From the NCBI GenBank assembly GCA_023244855.1, contig JAHFLO010000001.1, positions 5,895 through 69,894 of the forward strand: 64,000 bases of DNA, written 5' to 3'. This DNA comes from Candidatus Harrisonbacteria bacterium. Lineage in GTDB: Bacteria; Patescibacteriota; Minisyncoccia; UBA6257; UBA11618. Made by a program: the position numbers and the translations under genes. Shown one piece after another: positions 45,176 through 56,310 of this stretch. Position 1 is the first letter of the stretch. Every line of letters starts with the position of its first letter. The notes below the pieces were generated by a model. It made no database searches, had not been told where the DNA came from, and worked only from the letters and a program-made list of their open reading frames with translations.

Positions 45176-46771
45176 CTACATCCGCTCCGGCACTTCAATG
45201 CCTAAAAGCCAGAGGCCGTTCTTCAAAACTTGGGCAGATGCGGCCACGAGCGCTAAGCGCAATGCACGAGCCGCACCCTCTTCGAGTACCGGCACGGCAT
45301 CGTAAAAGCGACTAAACTCCTGCGCGAACTCGTTAAGGAATGTGGCTATGATATGCGGCGCGTCAAGTGTATATGCCTGCCGGACTACCTGAGGGAACTC
45401 TGCGATGCGCTTTAATAAATACGCCTCGCGCGATCCGGCAAGGATAGGGGAATATGCATCAGCAGGGGATTGCGTACCCGCCTTTTCCAGAATCGCCTTT
45501 GCGCGGACATACGCGTACTGAATATACGGCGCGCTATTACCTTGTATAGAAAGCGCCGCCTCCCACGAAAAGGCGATGTCGTGTTCACGGCCCATAGAAA
45601 GCATGTTGTATAAAATAGCGCCCACGCCGACCTCCTTAATACCCTTCGTTTTCGCAATAGCCTCTTTTAAGCCGTCTTCCAAAAAGACTATCCCGCCTTC
45701 GCGCGTGGAGATCTTTTTACCGTCGAGCGTCACCACGCCGTAGCTCACGTGTTTAAACTTCTCTTCGGGGTAACCCATAAGGCCAAGCGTTTTGAAAATC
45801 TGCCGCAAGTACAATTCCTGCTCGTGGCCCACGACGTATATAATCTTTTCCGCCTGCGGGTATTCTTTTAGCCGCCAGCGGCCCACCGCAATGTCGCGCG
45901 CGCTATAAAGCGATGCACCGTCTGACTTCACTAATAAGAAAGAGGGGAGCTTGAAGGCGTCGAGATTCACGACGACAGGCTTACCACCTTTTTCATCAGG
46001 CTCGCCGTATGCAGCCGCTCCTTTCGTAAGCGCTTCGTCTATAGCTTCTTTTATAAACGGTTCGTAAAAACTCTCGCCGTGCCATAGGTCGAAGTTGATA
46101 CCAAATAAGGCATATACCCGCTCGAAGTTCTTAACGCTTATATCGCGAAACTCCTGCCACAGAGCGCGTAGCGTGAGATCGCCCCCTTCGAGCTTGCGGA
46201 AGAGCTCGCGCGCTTCGTCTTCCAATTCTGGCGCAGTCTTTATCTCTTTCGTCATGCGCACGTAAAGCCCTAGCAGGGTGCGAATAGGGTCTTTTTCGAA
46301 TTCAGCTCTATCACCCCATTTTTGGAACGCGAGCATGATCTTCGCCAAAGACATTCCCCAGTCGCCGAAGTGGTTTGTGGTGATTACCGTATAGCCGTTC
46401 GCTTTGTAGATGTTTGCGAGCGCGTGACCGATAGCGTTATTGCGCGCGTGGCCCATGTGCATGGGCTTCGCAATATTGGGGGCGGAGTATTCAAGCATGA
46501 TGGTTTTTCCCGCGCCATCCGCGTTCCAGCCGTACTTCGCTTTTGTTTCCGCGACTTCGCCTAGTACTACAGAGGCGAGCGCATTAAGATCAAACGAAAT
46601 GTTTACGTACCTACCCACTACAGCGACGCTGGCGAATAAAGGGTTCTTGAGCCCGCGGATTTTTTCGGCAACCTCTTCCGGCTTCTCGCGGAAACAGGGG
46701 ATAGCCAAATCCGCCCCTATGCCCTCAGGCGGGATTTCTATCTTTGAGGCGATTTTTTCGAGGCCGAACAT
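45176..46771 (-). CDS. argS: Arginyl-tRNA synthetase
   Basis: 531 aa. SAPNIAKPMHMGHARNNAIG (HIGH). C-terminal anticodon-binding DALR domain ending ..VPERM. Confidence 0.9.
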   Translation of the reverse strand: MFGLEKIASKIEIPPEGIGADLAIPCFREKPEEVAEKIRGLKNPLFASVAVVGRYVNISFDLNALASVVLGEVAETKAKYGWNADGAGKTIMLEYSAPNIAKPMHMGHARNNAIGHALANIYKANGYTVITTNHFGDWGMSLAKIMLAFQKWGDRAEFEKDPIRTLLGLYVRMTKEIKTAPELEDEARELFRKLEGGDLTLRALWQEFRDISVKNFERVYALFGINFDLWHGESFYEPFIKEAIDEALTKGAAAYGEPDEKGGKPVVVNLDAFKLPSFLLVKSDGASLYSARDIAVGRWRLKEYPQAEKIIYVVGHEQELYLRQIFKTLGLMGYPEEKFKHVSYGVVTLDGKKISTREGGIVFLEDGLKEAIAKTKGIKEVGVGAILYNMLSMGREHDIAFSWEAALSIQGNSAPYIQYAYVRAKAILEKAGTQSPADAYSPILAGSREAYLLKRIAEFPQVVRQAYTLDAPHIIATFLNEFAQEFSRFYDAVPVLEEGAARALRLALVAASAQVLKNGLWLLGIEVPERM

Positions 46772-46778
46772 TATACCG

Positions 46779-47261
46779 CTATGGTAGCCGATACTTGGCG
46801 ATTTCGAAAGCGATTATGCCAAAGGCCACCGCGACGTTAAGCGATTCTTTTTTACCGTGCATGGGGATGCTAATAACGGAATCGCATTTATCGAGTACTG
46901 TCTTCGGTACGCCATCCACTTCGTGCCCCACGATGAACGCAAGCTTATCCGTATTCTTTTTTAAGCAATCGGCGTCGTAATAGGGGATAGCACCGTCAAT
47001 TAATTCCACGGCACACACAAAATATCCATCAGCTTTAAGCCTACGTATGCAATCCGCCGTGCGGGCGCACTTTTCCCACGGCACGGTTTTTTCCGCCCCC
47101 AAGGCAGTCTTTTGCAGACTCTTTGTAGCACTACCAAGCATGTCCGCAGGACCTGCTGTTATGCCGCACAAATACAGCCGCTTAAGCCCTGCGGCGTCTG
47201 CAGTGCGGAACATTGACCCCACGTTATGCGCGCTGCGTATGTTATGTAATATTCCCACCAT
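46779..47261 (-). CDS. SpoU/TrmH-family RNA 2'-O-methyltransferase
   Basis: NIRSAHNVGSMFRTADAAG..IPMHGKKESLNVAVAFGIIAFE. Confidence 0.8.
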   Translation of the reverse strand: MVGILHNIRSAHNVGSMFRTADAAGLKRLYLCGITAGPADMLGSATKSLQKTALGAEKTVPWEKCARTADCIRRLKADGYFVCAVELIDGAIPYYDADCLKKNTDKLAFIVGHEVDGVPKTVLDKCDSVISIPMHGKKESLNVAVAFGIIAFEIAKYRLP

Positions 47262-47498
47262 ATCTTCGTCGTACTATATAAGGACCTGTAGCAACAGCAG
47301 GCCCGATGATAAACAGGGGACGCCTTCAGGCTTCACTCTCCTTAGCCGCACAACCGGCGCCCCCTGTATTTTTATACTTTTTTCGCGCCCTACAAAACCT
47401 TGACAGTATAATGGAAAAAGCGCATGGTGCAACTAGCAACGCACCCACCGCGGACGCGCATCCAAAACCCATTTTTCTTAACGAAAGGGAACGCACCT

Positions 47499-47810
47499 AT
47501 GGCAACGACGCTGTCAGCGATTCCCCACGGAACGGGAATCGTGGAAGAGCTGGCTATGCAGAGCATCGCGGTTATCCAACAAGAAATGTCCTTATGGACG
47601 CGACGCTACGAACTCGGCAGATGCCCGGCAACCGGCGGACGGATACAGCAATGCGCCGGATGCCAAAGCGGCGAAACGCATGAAATTGATATCGAAAATC
47701 CCCAACCGCCTCATCTGCAAGACTACCCGGCAACGCTGCACTCCCTCTACGACATAATCGCCGCGCAATGGGAAAAAGCCGGACTTGCAACGGATTTTCC
47801 GACACGCTGA
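47499..47810 (+). CDS. Hypothetical protein (islet gene) with a CxxxxxxxxCxxC segment
   Basis: Start at MATTLSAIPHG after cgAAAGGGAacgcacct. TATAAT at about 47407. Terminator at about 47843-47903. Confidence 0.45.
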   Translation: MATTLSAIPHGTGIVEELAMQSIAVIQQEMSLWTRRYELGRCPATGGRIQQCAGCQSGETHEIDIENPQPPHLQDYPATLHSLYDIIAAQWEKAGLATDFPTR

Positions 47811-47943
47811 AGAACGGGGCGGATAAGACGCAGTCCCTTCGAAGACGGGGAAGAGCATAACGCACAATCCACCTCGTGCGACTCTCTCCCGTCTTTTTAT
47901 TTGAAAACGACGCCGAAAAAGAATAGTATGCCTATACCCGCAA

Positions 47944-48027
47944 GGAGGGATAGCCTAGCGGTTAAGGCAAGGGATTGCTAATCCCTGGCTCGAAAGGGCC
48001 TCGTGGGTTCGAATCCCACTCCCTCCG
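47944..48027 (+). tRNA. tRNA-Ser (anticodon GCU)
   Basis: Acceptor GGAGGGA/TCCCTCC, anticodon arm AGGGA-TTGCTAA-TCCCT, long variable arm, T arm GTGGG-TTCGAAT-CCCAC, discriminator G. Confidence 0.85.
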
Positions 48028-48031
48028 CAGA

Positions 48032-48071
48032 ACAAACAAAAATACCCCCTATGTGGGGTATTTTTGTTTGT
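48032..48071. terminator. Palindromic terminator after tRNA-Ser
   Basis: acaaacaaaaatacccc-ctatgt-ggggtatttttgtttgt. Confidence 0.75.
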
Positions 48072-48232
48072 CTTGTGAAAGAGTGGAATTCGAACCGAAG
48101 GCGAGCGTTTTTCCCCAAGCGCTAAAGCGCTTGGTCGAAAAACGCGAAGTCTCGACCGAGCTTGCGAGGGAGAGGCGAATCCCACTCTTCCATTGCGTGC
48201 GTAATCGAAAAACGGCAGGCGAATCCCACTCC
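48072..48232. repeat. Structured intergenic element, copy G (homologous to F), with two extra direct copies of the tRNA-Ser T-loop/acceptor segment
   Basis: gagtggaattcgaacc (48081-96) is inverted relative to the tRNA. Core GGCGAGcGTTTTT..ccaagcgc-taaa-gcgcttgg..AAAAACGCG..GTCTCGACCGAGCTTGCGAGG. gaatcccactc recurs at 48177 and 48221 (tRNA copy at 48011). Confidence 0.7.
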
Positions 48233-48703
48233 TCAGTCGCTCTCGCTCTTCACATCCACCCCGCTCCGTAAAACCCCCACAAGCACATCCGCCCCAGCAG
48301 CAACCACAAGAGAGACAAAAATAACCATAAGGCCCATAGCAACGCCACCCGCAATGTCGTCGCCAGGCCGAACTATCATTAAGTAGGCCTCCGGCAGCGC
48401 GACGAGACCAACGAGCAACAGCGCACAGCGCCGTATCGTCCGCATGGCTTTCACAGTTACCCGTGAGAACGCCTTACCCTGTCCTACGCACCCCAACGCC
48501 TTGAATGCGTTATAAACCGCGACGAAAAACGGAATAGACGCCGCATACGCATACGCTAAGAACAAATCGTTGAAGTAAACCTGGAAGAACGTGGCGTCCA
48601 CATTTCTACCCTCGAAGTGAGGCTCCCATAGCATGAAGGTAAGGACACCTATACCGATAAGCACGACGACCGCCTGAAGGAATACTAAGGAGATTCTTTT
48701 CAT
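48233..48703 (-). CDS. Hypothetical 4-TM membrane protein (DUF2975-like, tentative)
   Basis: 156 aa with four hydrophobic helices. Its stop abuts the last tRNA-Ser-like repeat. Confidence 0.5.
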   Translation of the reverse strand: MKRISLVFLQAVVVLIGIGVLTFMLWEPHFEGRNVDATFFQVYFNDLFLAYAYAASIPFFVAVYNAFKALGCVGQGKAFSRVTVKAMRTIRRCALLLVGLVALPEAYLMIVRPGDDIAGGVAMGLMVIFVSLVVAAGADVLVGVLRSGVDVKSESD

Positions 48704-48791
48704 ATGTAATAGCTTGACTGAAACCCTAAAAATAAGCTATATATCTAACGTTGTAACCAACCCGCACACCTCCAACTGAAAAGGATTTGTC

Positions 48792-49313
48792 ATGGAATTC
48801 TCGTTATGGCTCGTGCCGGCGCGCGGATCGCCTGCCGACAAAGCGCTACGCACGACTATGGAAAAGATAGCAGAGATCTACACAACGCCTGCTTTCCCGC
48901 CGCACGTCACGCTCGTCGGGGGAGTCGAAGGCAATGCGCAAGATATCAAGGCAAAAACTATCGCGATCGTGAAACGACTCACTCCATACGAAATCCAATT
49001 CGGCATCATCGGCTCGGAAACCGACTACTATCGAAAGCTATTCCTGAGCGTCGCGCAAAGTCAGCAAGTCATGAAAGCGAACGCGATCGCGCAAGAAATG
49101 CTCGGGGTGCGGCAAGGCCCGTACCTACCGCACTGCAGTCTCGCGTACGGAGATCTCGTGCCTTCGGAAATTACCGAAATCAAAGACGAATACATCCCCG
49201 AAGGCCTCGCGAGCAAAGCCGGCTTCACCGCAAGCGGCATCCAACTTTGGAACACGAGCGAGGCAGTGAAAGATTGGCGACCCGTTGCATGGTTCGCGTT
49301 CGGCGAAACATAA
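48792..49313 (+). CDS. 2H-phosphoesterase superfamily protein (cyclic phosphodiesterase/LigT-like)
   Basis: Two HxT/S motifs: PPHVTLVGG and LPHCSLAYG. AAAGGA RBS. TTGACT promoter. Confidence 0.65.
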   Translation: MEFSLWLVPARGSPADKALRTTMEKIAEIYTTPAFPPHVTLVGGVEGNAQDIKAKTIAIVKRLTPYEIQFGIIGSETDYYRKLFLSVAQSQQVMKANAIAQEMLGVRQGPYLPHCSLAYGDLVPSEITEIKDEYIPEGLASKAGFTASGIQLWNTSEAVKDWRPVAWFAFGET

Positions 49314-49418
49314 AGCGCATAACCGATTCAATGCAAACCCGAAGCGGCACGTATTCTCCCGTGCCGCTTTTTTCTTTCTTCACAAATTCATAGCAGAGGA
49401 CTATACTCTTTTTTACCT

Positions 49419-50696
49419 ATGAAAATATCATCCATTAAAGGCAGGCAGATTATTGATTCACGCGGTAACCCCACAGTTGAAGCTGATGTTATTTTAGAAA
49501 ACGGCGCGATCGGCCGCGCGGCGGTACCAAGCGGCGCCTCGACCGGCAGCCACGAAGCAATAGAACTACGTGATGGCGACAAAAAAATATACGGCGGCAA
49601 AAGCGTCTTGAAGGCCGTCGGCCATATCAATACTGAAATCGCAAACGCCCTCCGTGGCATGAACGCTATGGACCAGAGGGGTATCGACACGGCGCTCATG
49701 GCCTTGGACGGCACGGCGAACAAATCGAAGCTCGGTGCAAATGCGATACTCGCCGTTTCACTCGCAACGGCAAAAGCCGCGGCCACAGCTAAAGGCGTTT
49801 CGCTCTTCCGCTACGTGGGAGAGCTCGAAGGTATTACGGACCCGCGCCTTCTCCCCATGCCGATGATGAATATTATTAACGGCGGTAAACACGCGGCAGG
49901 CTCGACAGACATTCAAGAGTTCATGGTGGTGCCGATAGGCGCGAAATCCTTCTCCGAGGCACTCCATATGGGCACGACCATCTTCCACGCGCTCGGTAAA
50001 ATCCTCCACGAAAAAGGATACGGCACAACGGTAGGGGACGAAGGTGGCTACGCGCCCGCGGTGAAAAACGGCAATGAAGAAGCTCTCGCGCTTGTAGGTG
50101 AAGCGGCAAAAAAAGCCGGCTATGAGCTCGGAAAAGACATCGGCCTTGCGCTCGACGTAGCGGCATCCGAATTATATAAAGACGGTAAGTACCGACTCGC
50201 AACGGAAAATAAAACCTTGTCCTCCGGCGAAATGATCGCATGGTACAAAGGCCTTATAGAGCGGCACCATGTCATATCGATAGAAGACGGCCTCGCCGAA
50301 GACGACTGGGCGGGATGGATAGAAATGACAAAAACGCTCCCTATACAAATCGTCGGGGACGATCTCCTCGTAACGAACCCCGCGTTCGTAAAGAAAGGCA
50401 TTGAGCAGAAAGCCGCGAACGCCGTACTCGTGAAGGTTAACCAGATCGGCACGCTTACGGAAACTATGGAAACCGTCCGCATGGCGAAAGCCGCCGGATG
50501 GCGCTCGATTATCTCGCACCGCTCGGGCGAAACGGAAGATACGACTATCGCGCACCTCGCAGTCGCCTTGGGCGCCGGCCAAATTAAAACCGGCTCGCTC
50601 TGCCGCACGGACCGCGTGGCTAAATACAACGAACTCTTACGCATAGAAGAAGAACTGGATGGTCGCGCCCAGTACCCATCTGCACTTTTTTCCTAA
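49419..50696 (+). CDS. eno: Enolase
   Basis: 425 aa. [31 protein letters not shown]. Confidence 0.95.
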   Translation: MKISSIKGRQIIDSRGNPTVEADVILENGAIGRAAVPSGASTGSHEAIELRDGDKKIYGGKSVLKAVGHINTEIANALRGMNAMDQRGIDTALMALDGTANKSKLGANAILAVSLATAKAAATAKGVSLFRYVGELEGITDPRLLPMPMMNIINGGKHAAGSTDIQEFMVVPIGAKSFSEALHMGTTIFHALGKILHEKGYGTTVGDEGGYAPAVKNGNEEALALVGEAAKKAGYELGKDIGLALDVAASELYKDGKYRLATENKTLSSGEMIAWYKGLIERHHVISIEDGLAEDDWAGWIEMTKTLPIQIVGDDLLVTNPAFVKKGIEQKAANAVLVKVNQIGTLTETMETVRMAKAAGWRSIISHRSGETEDTTIAHLAVALGAGQIKTGSLCRTDRVAKYNELLRIEEELDGRAQYPSALFS

Positions 50697-50697
50697 C

Positions 50698-51297
50698 ATG
50701 AGCCATCTCTTTTTCGTACGGCATGGAGAAAGCGAATGGAACAGCACGGGGCAGTGGACTGGCTGGACAGACGTCTCGCTTTCACAGAAGGGTGTGGAAG
50801 AAGCAAAGGCGACGGGAGCTAGGCTTACAGAGCACGAAATCCATTCCGCCCACACGTCGCTTTTAAAGCGCACGCACGAAACACTTGCGGGGATAGAAGA
50901 GACGTACGGCAAAAAAATCCCCGCGCGCTCTTCGCGCGAATTAAACGAGCGGCACTACGGCGTCTACACCGGCAAAAACAAGTGGCAGATAAAAGAGGAG
51001 ATAGGGGACGAAGCCTTTACGGCGATACGCCGCGGCTGGGACGTACCGATCCCCGACGGCGAAACGCTAAAGGCGGTGCATGACCGCGCCGTACCGTACT
51101 ACAAGCGCGAAATCCTTCCGGAGCTTGCGGCAGGCAAGAACGTACTCGTCGTCGGGCACGGCAACACCATCCGCGCCCTTATGAAGCATATCGAGAATAT
51201 CCACGAAAACGACGTAGCGGGCGTAGAAGTAGCGACAGGCGAAATCGTAATGTATAAAATGGAGCCGCACGGCATGGTGCGCGTAAAGGCGGAATAA
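50698..51297 (+). CDS. gpmA: 2,3-bisphosphoglycerate-dependent phosphoglycerate mutase
   Basis: Start at MSHLFFVRHGESEWN (RHGE motif), 1 nt after the eno stop. Confidence 0.85.
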   Translation: MSHLFFVRHGESEWNSTGQWTGWTDVSLSQKGVEEAKATGARLTEHEIHSAHTSLLKRTHETLAGIEETYGKKIPARSSRELNERHYGVYTGKNKWQIKEEIGDEAFTAIRRGWDVPIPDGETLKAVHDRAVPYYKREILPELAAGKNVLVVGHGNTIRALMKHIENIHENDVAGVEVATGEIVMYKMEPHGMVRVKAE

Positions 51298-51384
51298 GAG
51301 CTTGATTGGGCAGGGTTATTCGGCTATGCTCATCCGGTACTAACCGGCTCGTTGATTTACCCATACCCATAAAGGAGTGCGCTC

Positions 51385-51873
51385 ATGGCTTTCGGGATTT
51401 ACCCGACTTATTCAGACCGTCGTTCCAAAACCAATAGAAAGGGCAAAAGATCGAAATTCCCGGACCCCGCAATCGACCGCGATACGGGGCGTATCGTGCG
51501 TTTCATGAACGTACGGGCAATCGGATGGGCGCCTGCGCCAAAAAATATCCGTGCTTTGAACGGCATCCTGAGCGTCGGACAAGAATGGGTACAGTGGCAA
51601 TGGGAAACGACCGTTTCCATCGCCGGCAATCATCCGTGCAAATGGGGCGATATCGTCATCCGACCTCCCGCCACGCTCGGAAAAAAACGGACATTTTCCA
51701 AACGGCGTCTTATCCGTATCGGCGCAAAATCGAAACGGAAAGAAAGACTTACGGAAAGCGAAAAGATTGCTCTATTCGTTTCACGCTCCCTCACTGCGCT
51801 CGGAAACAGGAATAAGTCCGCACTGAAAAAGAACATGGCATTCGTTCCACCCAAAGAACCATGCCCCGATTAG
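51385..51873 (+). CDS. Hypothetical basic protein (islet gene)
   Basis: 162 aa. taAAGGAGtgcgctcATG. Terminator gccgccggac..gtccggcggc plus T-run at about 51897-51940. Confidence 0.5.
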   Translation: MAFGIYPTYSDRRSKTNRKGKRSKFPDPAIDRDTGRIVRFMNVRAIGWAPAPKNIRALNGILSVGQEWVQWQWETTVSIAGNHPCKWGDIVIRPPATLGKKRTFSKRRLIRIGAKSKRKERLTESEKIALFVSRSLTALGNRNKSALKKNMAFVPPKEPCPD

Positions 51874-51951
51874 CCGCATCTCCCAGCAAACCCCCGACCG
51901 CCGGACACCCTTCGTCCGGCGGCCTTTTTTATTCGCCGCAAAAACGGTACT

Positions 51952-52350
51952 ATGCGGAATATGCAATTATTTATAAAAATGTATTTCGCGGCGCTTGTGC
52001 CATTCGCTTTACTCGACGCTACGTGGATTAGCTTCATTGCCCGAGGATTTTACGAACGACAAATTGGTTTCGTTATCAATACGTTTAAAGTTCCGCCCGC
52101 AATCGCTTTCTACATCATCTACGTTTTGGGAATTGTTTATTTTGCCGTACGCCCTACGGCAGGGGAGCCGCTTCTTAAAACATTCTTAGCTGGAGCGCTG
52201 TTCGGCTTATGCGCGTACGCCTCATACGATCTCACGAACCAAGCGACGATAGCGGGCTGGCCGACGGCCGTAACACTTGCCGATATGGCATGGGGCGCGT
52301 TCGCCTCGGGCACCGCGGCAACCGTAGCTGGTTTCTTGACCCGCGCGTAA
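51952..52350 (+). CDS. DUF2177-like membrane protein
   Basis: 132 aa. ALVPFALLDATWISFIARGFY pattern, 4 TM helices. Confidence 0.55.
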   Translation: MRNMQLFIKMYFAALVPFALLDATWISFIARGFYERQIGFVINTFKVPPAIAFYIIYVLGIVYFAVRPTAGEPLLKTFLAGALFGLCAYASYDLTNQATIAGWPTAVTLADMAWGAFASGTAATVAGFLTRA

Positions 52351-52392
52351 TATCATTGACAAGTCGGTCTTAACGGAAGATATATACATCAT

Positions 52393-52632
52393 ATGATGTA
52401 CGGCTTTTACGGTGACAACTTCATAGGGTCTGGATTTATGGGCTTTTTCGGATTTATTATCATGATCGCCTTTTGGGCGGCGGTTATATGGGTAATCATC
52501 CGAATCGTGCAAGAGGCGTCGGGCAGCCGTAAAACGGGCAAGTCCGCAATCCGCATTCTTGAAGAACGATACGCGAAAGGGGAAATAGACAAGGAAGAAT
52601 TCAAATCAAGAAAGCACGACCTCGAATCTTAA
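52393..52632 (+). CDS. SHOCT-domain small membrane protein
   Basis: N-terminal TM helix plus SAIRILEERYAKGEIDKEEFKSRKHDL (SHOCT motif). Confidence 0.7.
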   Translation: MMYGFYGDNFIGSGFMGFFGFIIMIAFWAAVIWVIIRIVQEASGSRKTGKSAIRILEERYAKGEIDKEEFKSRKHDLES

Positions 52633-52715
52633 GAAAAATATCCCCGACACTACGTCGGGGATATTTTTATTTGACACCGTTATAACCATATCCTATGGTA
52701 GAGGTATACACCCCT

Positions 52716-52979
52716 ATGAAAATAGCAACAAATAAAACGAAATCGCTTAAGTGCGTAAAACAGGCACAGGGAACGATTGCGAAAGTCATGGCAATGATCG
52801 AAGAGGGTCGCTACTGCCCCGAGATAATTCAACAAGCGGACAGCGCGATCGGTCTCCTAAAAACCGCGAAGCGCGAACTACTCGCTGGCCACTTAGATAC
52901 ATGCGTCGCCGCGCGTATGAAAGAAAACAAGAAAGCGGCGATCGACGAACTTATAAAAATCTACAACCTTTCCGCATAA
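52716..52979 (+). CDS. csoR: CsoR/RcnR-family metal-sensing repressor
   Basis: RYCPEIIQQ...GHLDTC gives the C..H-x3-C ligand pattern. Upstream TTGACA-17-TATGGT promoter with the inverted repeat ACCATAtccTATGGT over the -10 box. Confidence 0.75.
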   Translation: MKIATNKTKSLKCVKQAQGTIAKVMAMIEEGRYCPEIIQQADSAIGLLKTAKRELLAGHLDTCVAARMKENKKAAIDELIKIYNLSA

Positions 52980-52982
52980 CGT

Positions 52983-55286
52983 ATGGAACAGAAAGTCGTA
53001 TTCACCGTAAAAGGGATGCACTGCGCCTCATGCTCGGCGATCATCGAAAAGGCGCTTAAGAAAATCGACGGTGTGGCGTCAGCGGAAGTTAGCTATGCCG
53101 TGGGAACGGCACGGGTATCTTTTGATGAGACGAAGACGGACAGTACTGCATTCTCGAAGGCGGTCGAACATCTTGGTTATTCGCTGACTACCTCTCAAGC
53201 GGAAACAGCGGAGTCTATGGATATGTCTGCAAGCGAACACGCGGCGCATACGGGACTTGGTCAATCGAAACAAGAAAAGCTTGCGGAGCTCGCAAGCATG
53301 AAGCGTATGGTTATCGCGTCTATTCCACTTACTACATTCAGCATCTTCGTTATGGGGTGGGACATGCTCGCCGCATTCGAATTCATCGCCCCACCCGCAG
53401 AAATCACAAAAGAATTCTTTCATCACCTCCTGCCCTTAATGGCGACGTATATGCTCTTCGTCGTCGGCACGCCGTACCTTTTAGGCGTATGGCGATTTAT
53501 GCGCTATGGGGCGGCGAATATGGATACCTTAATCGGCATCGGCACATCCGTCGCATATCTCTATAGCTTTATTCTCTCTGCATTCGAGGAGTCACTTAAA
53601 GGCCTTATCGATACAGACCAAACCTACTATGACGTCACTATCGTTGTTATCGCTTTCATAACCCTCGGTAAATATCTCGAAGCACGGGCGAAATTAAAAA
53701 CCGGCGCAGCACTCGAAAAACTATTAAACCTTCAAGCAAAAACCGCACTCGTAATCCGTGGCGGCAAAGAACTAGAACTACCCGTAGGCGAAGTAGTCCA
53801 CGGCGACCGTATAATCGTAAAACCAGGAGCGCGTATTCCTGTAGACGGTACGGTTACGGAAGGGGAGTCGTTCGTAGACGAATCGATGGTGACCGGCGAA
53901 CCAATGCCCGTAAAAAAGAAAATGGGCGACGCGGTCGTTGCCGGCACTATTAACACCACAGGGTCATTTACGTTTACGGCAACCAAAGTCGGTAAGGAAA
54001 CGTTACTCGCCCGCATCGTCACGATGGTACAAGAAGCGCAGGGGAGCCGCGCGCCCATTCAGGCGCTTGCGGACAAAATCTCCGGCATCTTCGTACCGAT
54101 AACTCTCGGTATAGCATTCGTTTCGCTTGCCGCATGGATCAGTATTGGGACGCCTATGCTCGGCGGAGCGCTCGCACTTTCGTACGGCCTCGCATCGTTT
54201 GTTGGCGTTCTCGTTATTGCCTGCCCCTGTGCCTTAGGGCTCGCGACGCCGACCGCGATAATCGTGGGTGTAGGCAAGGGCGCAGAAGAAGGCATCTTAA
54301 TAAAAGATGCGGCAACACTCGAAACACTCCATAAGGCAAACACCGTCGTCATGGATAAAACCGGCACCATCACGAAAGGCAAGCCAGAGCTCACGGATAT
54401 CCGCATATATGGGAACGTTGAAAAAAATGAATTAATCGCCATCCTCGCATCGCTCGAAGCGAAGTCCGAACATCCGATAGCCCACGCCATAACGGAATAC
54501 GCGAAAACGAACGGTATCCAGCTACGAGACGTTACGAATTTCGAAGCCTTAAAAGGCAAAGGACTTACGGGAAGTAGTAATGGCACGCGCTACTTTGCCG
54601 GCAATACCGCTCTTATGAACGAGCATGCAATTTCTTTCGACGCGAGCTATATCGAAACGGAAACGCAAAAAGGATCAACGCCAATACTACTCGCAAACGA
54701 AAAAGAGGTACTCGTAATTGTAATGATTGCGGATAGCGTAAAAGCAGAAGCAGTTGAGGCAGTGCAGAGCCTCCACGAGATGGGCATAAAAACCATCATG
54801 CTTACCGGTGATAACAAAAATACTGCCGCGGCAATCGCGCGCGCCGTGGGTATTGATGAAGTAATTGCCGAAGTCTTGCCAGACGAAAAACTTAAAAAAA
54901 TAAAAGAGCTACAAAAAGCAGGGCGCATTGTCGCAATGGTGGGGGACGGCGTAAACGACGCACCAGCACTTGCGCAGGCGAACGTCGGCATCGCCATGGG
55001 AACGGGCACGGACGTGGCAATCGAGACGGCCGGCATCACCCTCCTCCACGGTGATATCAGCAAGCTCGTGAAGGCACTACGCCTTTCACGGCTCACTATG
55101 CGCGGCATCCGCCAAAACCTCTTCTCCGCATTCGCGTACAACGTAGTAGGTATTCCGCTTGCCGCGGGCGCATTATACCCCGCCTTCGGATTAACGCTCT
55201 CGCCGGTATTCGCTGGCGCAGCCATGGCGCTTTCGTCCGTCTCCGTGGTCGCCAACTCACTTCGATTAAAAGCTAAGAAACTATAA
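52983..55286 (+). CDS. copA: Copper-translocating P1B-type ATPase
   Basis: N-terminal HMA GMHCASC, TM CPC ([11 protein letters not shown]), [17 protein letters not shown]. Confidence 0.95.
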   Translation: MEQKVVFTVKGMHCASCSAIIEKALKKIDGVASAEVSYAVGTARVSFDETKTDSTAFSKAVEHLGYSLTTSQAETAESMDMSASEHAAHTGLGQSKQEKLAELASMKRMVIASIPLTTFSIFVMGWDMLAAFEFIAPPAEITKEFFHHLLPLMATYMLFVVGTPYLLGVWRFMRYGAANMDTLIGIGTSVAYLYSFILSAFEESLKGLIDTDQTYYDVTIVVIAFITLGKYLEARAKLKTGAALEKLLNLQAKTALVIRGGKELELPVGEVVHGDRIIVKPGARIPVDGTVTEGESFVDESMVTGEPMPVKKKMGDAVVAGTINTTGSFTFTATKVGKETLLARIVTMVQEAQGSRAPIQALADKISGIFVPITLGIAFVSLAAWISIGTPMLGGALALSYGLASFVGVLVIACPCALGLATPTAIIVGVGKGAEEGILIKDAATLETLHKANTVVMDKTGTITKGKPELTDIRIYGNVEKNELIAILASLEAKSEHPIAHAITEYAKTNGIQLRDVTNFEALKGKGLTGSSNGTRYFAGNTALMNEHAISFDASYIETETQKGSTPILLANEKEVLVIVMIADSVKAEAVEAVQSLHEMGIKTIMLTGDNKNTAAAIARAVGIDEVIAEVLPDEKLKKIKELQKAGRIVAMVGDGVNDAPALAQANVGIAMGTGTDVAIETAGITLLHGDISKLVKALRLSRLTMRGIRQNLFSAFAYNVVGIPLAAGALYPAFGLTLSPVFAGAAMALSSVSVVANSLRLKAKKL

Positions 55287-55290
55287 GCCC

Positions 55291-56310
55291 ATGAAAACAT
55301 ACCTATTTCACATAAGCGGTATGCACTGTGCCTCGTGCGTTCTTATAACCGAAGGCGAACTCACGGGCGTGCGGGGGATACTAAAAGCACGGGCGTCACT
55401 CGCCGCACACACCCTCGAAGTTACAGGTGACTTTGGGGATGCAAAGCCCGCAGAGCTCGCGCACGAACTTACCACCATACTCGCGCCCCACGGCTATTCA
55501 GTTTCGATAGAACGCCAAAAGCACGGCGCACGGTGGCGCGACTTTATAATTGCCGCACCTGCCGCCGGCGCATTCATCGCATTCTTCATTGCTCTCCAAA
55601 AGCTCGGCATCGTTAACCTCATCACCGCGTCGCAGGTAACATACGGCACGGCGTTCGCAATCGGGCTCGTCGCCTCCGTCTCCACCTGCATGGCGGTCGT
55701 GGGCGGACTTACGCTTTCCATAAGCGCCAACTTCGCGAAGGCGGGGGACCGCATCCGGCCGCAAATTTTCTTCCACACGGCGCGCCTTATTTCATTCTTC
55801 ATCTTAGGCGGAATAATCGGCACACTCGGTGCAACGTTTCAAATCGGCGCAACCGGCGCATTCATACTAGGAATCGCCGTCGTAATCGTCTTATTAATTC
55901 TCGGTATCAATCTGCTTGATATCTTCCCGTGGATAAAAAAATTTCAACTTGTCACGCCACGCTTTATAAGTAGGCGCGCTCATGCACTTAAAGACATTAA
56001 CCACTCATTAACACCCGCACTCCTCGGTGTCGCCACATTTTTCTTACCCTGCGGATTCACGCAATCAATGCAACTCTATTCGCTTACAACCGGCAGCTTT
56101 TCTACGGGCGCGCTCACCATGCTCTCATTCGCGCTCGGCACGTTACCCGTGCTCGCACTCCTTTCTTTCGGCGCACTTGGGCTACACACAAAAGCGCAAT
56201 CGGGAATATTCTTTAAAACCGCAGGGCTCGTTGTTATCTTCTTCGCTCTATTCAACCTGATAAGTGCCCTCGTTGCATTCGGCGTCATTCCGCCTATTCT
56301 TACTATATGA
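55291..56310 (+). CDS. HMA-domain protein fused to a DsbD_2/TauE-like multi-TM domain
   Basis: MKTYLFHISGMHCASCVL followed by about 6 TM helices. Confidence 0.6.
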   Translation: MKTYLFHISGMHCASCVLITEGELTGVRGILKARASLAAHTLEVTGDFGDAKPAELAHELTTILAPHGYSVSIERQKHGARWRDFIIAAPAAGAFIAFFIALQKLGIVNLITASQVTYGTAFAIGLVASVSTCMAVVGGLTLSISANFAKAGDRIRPQIFFHTARLISFFILGGIIGTLGATFQIGATGAFILGIAVVIVLLILGINLLDIFPWIKKFQLVTPRFISRRAHALKDINHSLTPALLGVATFFLPCGFTQSMQLYSLTTGSFSTGALTMLSFALGTLPVLALLSFGALGLHTKAQSGIFFKTAGLVVIFFALFNLISALVAFGVIPPILTI

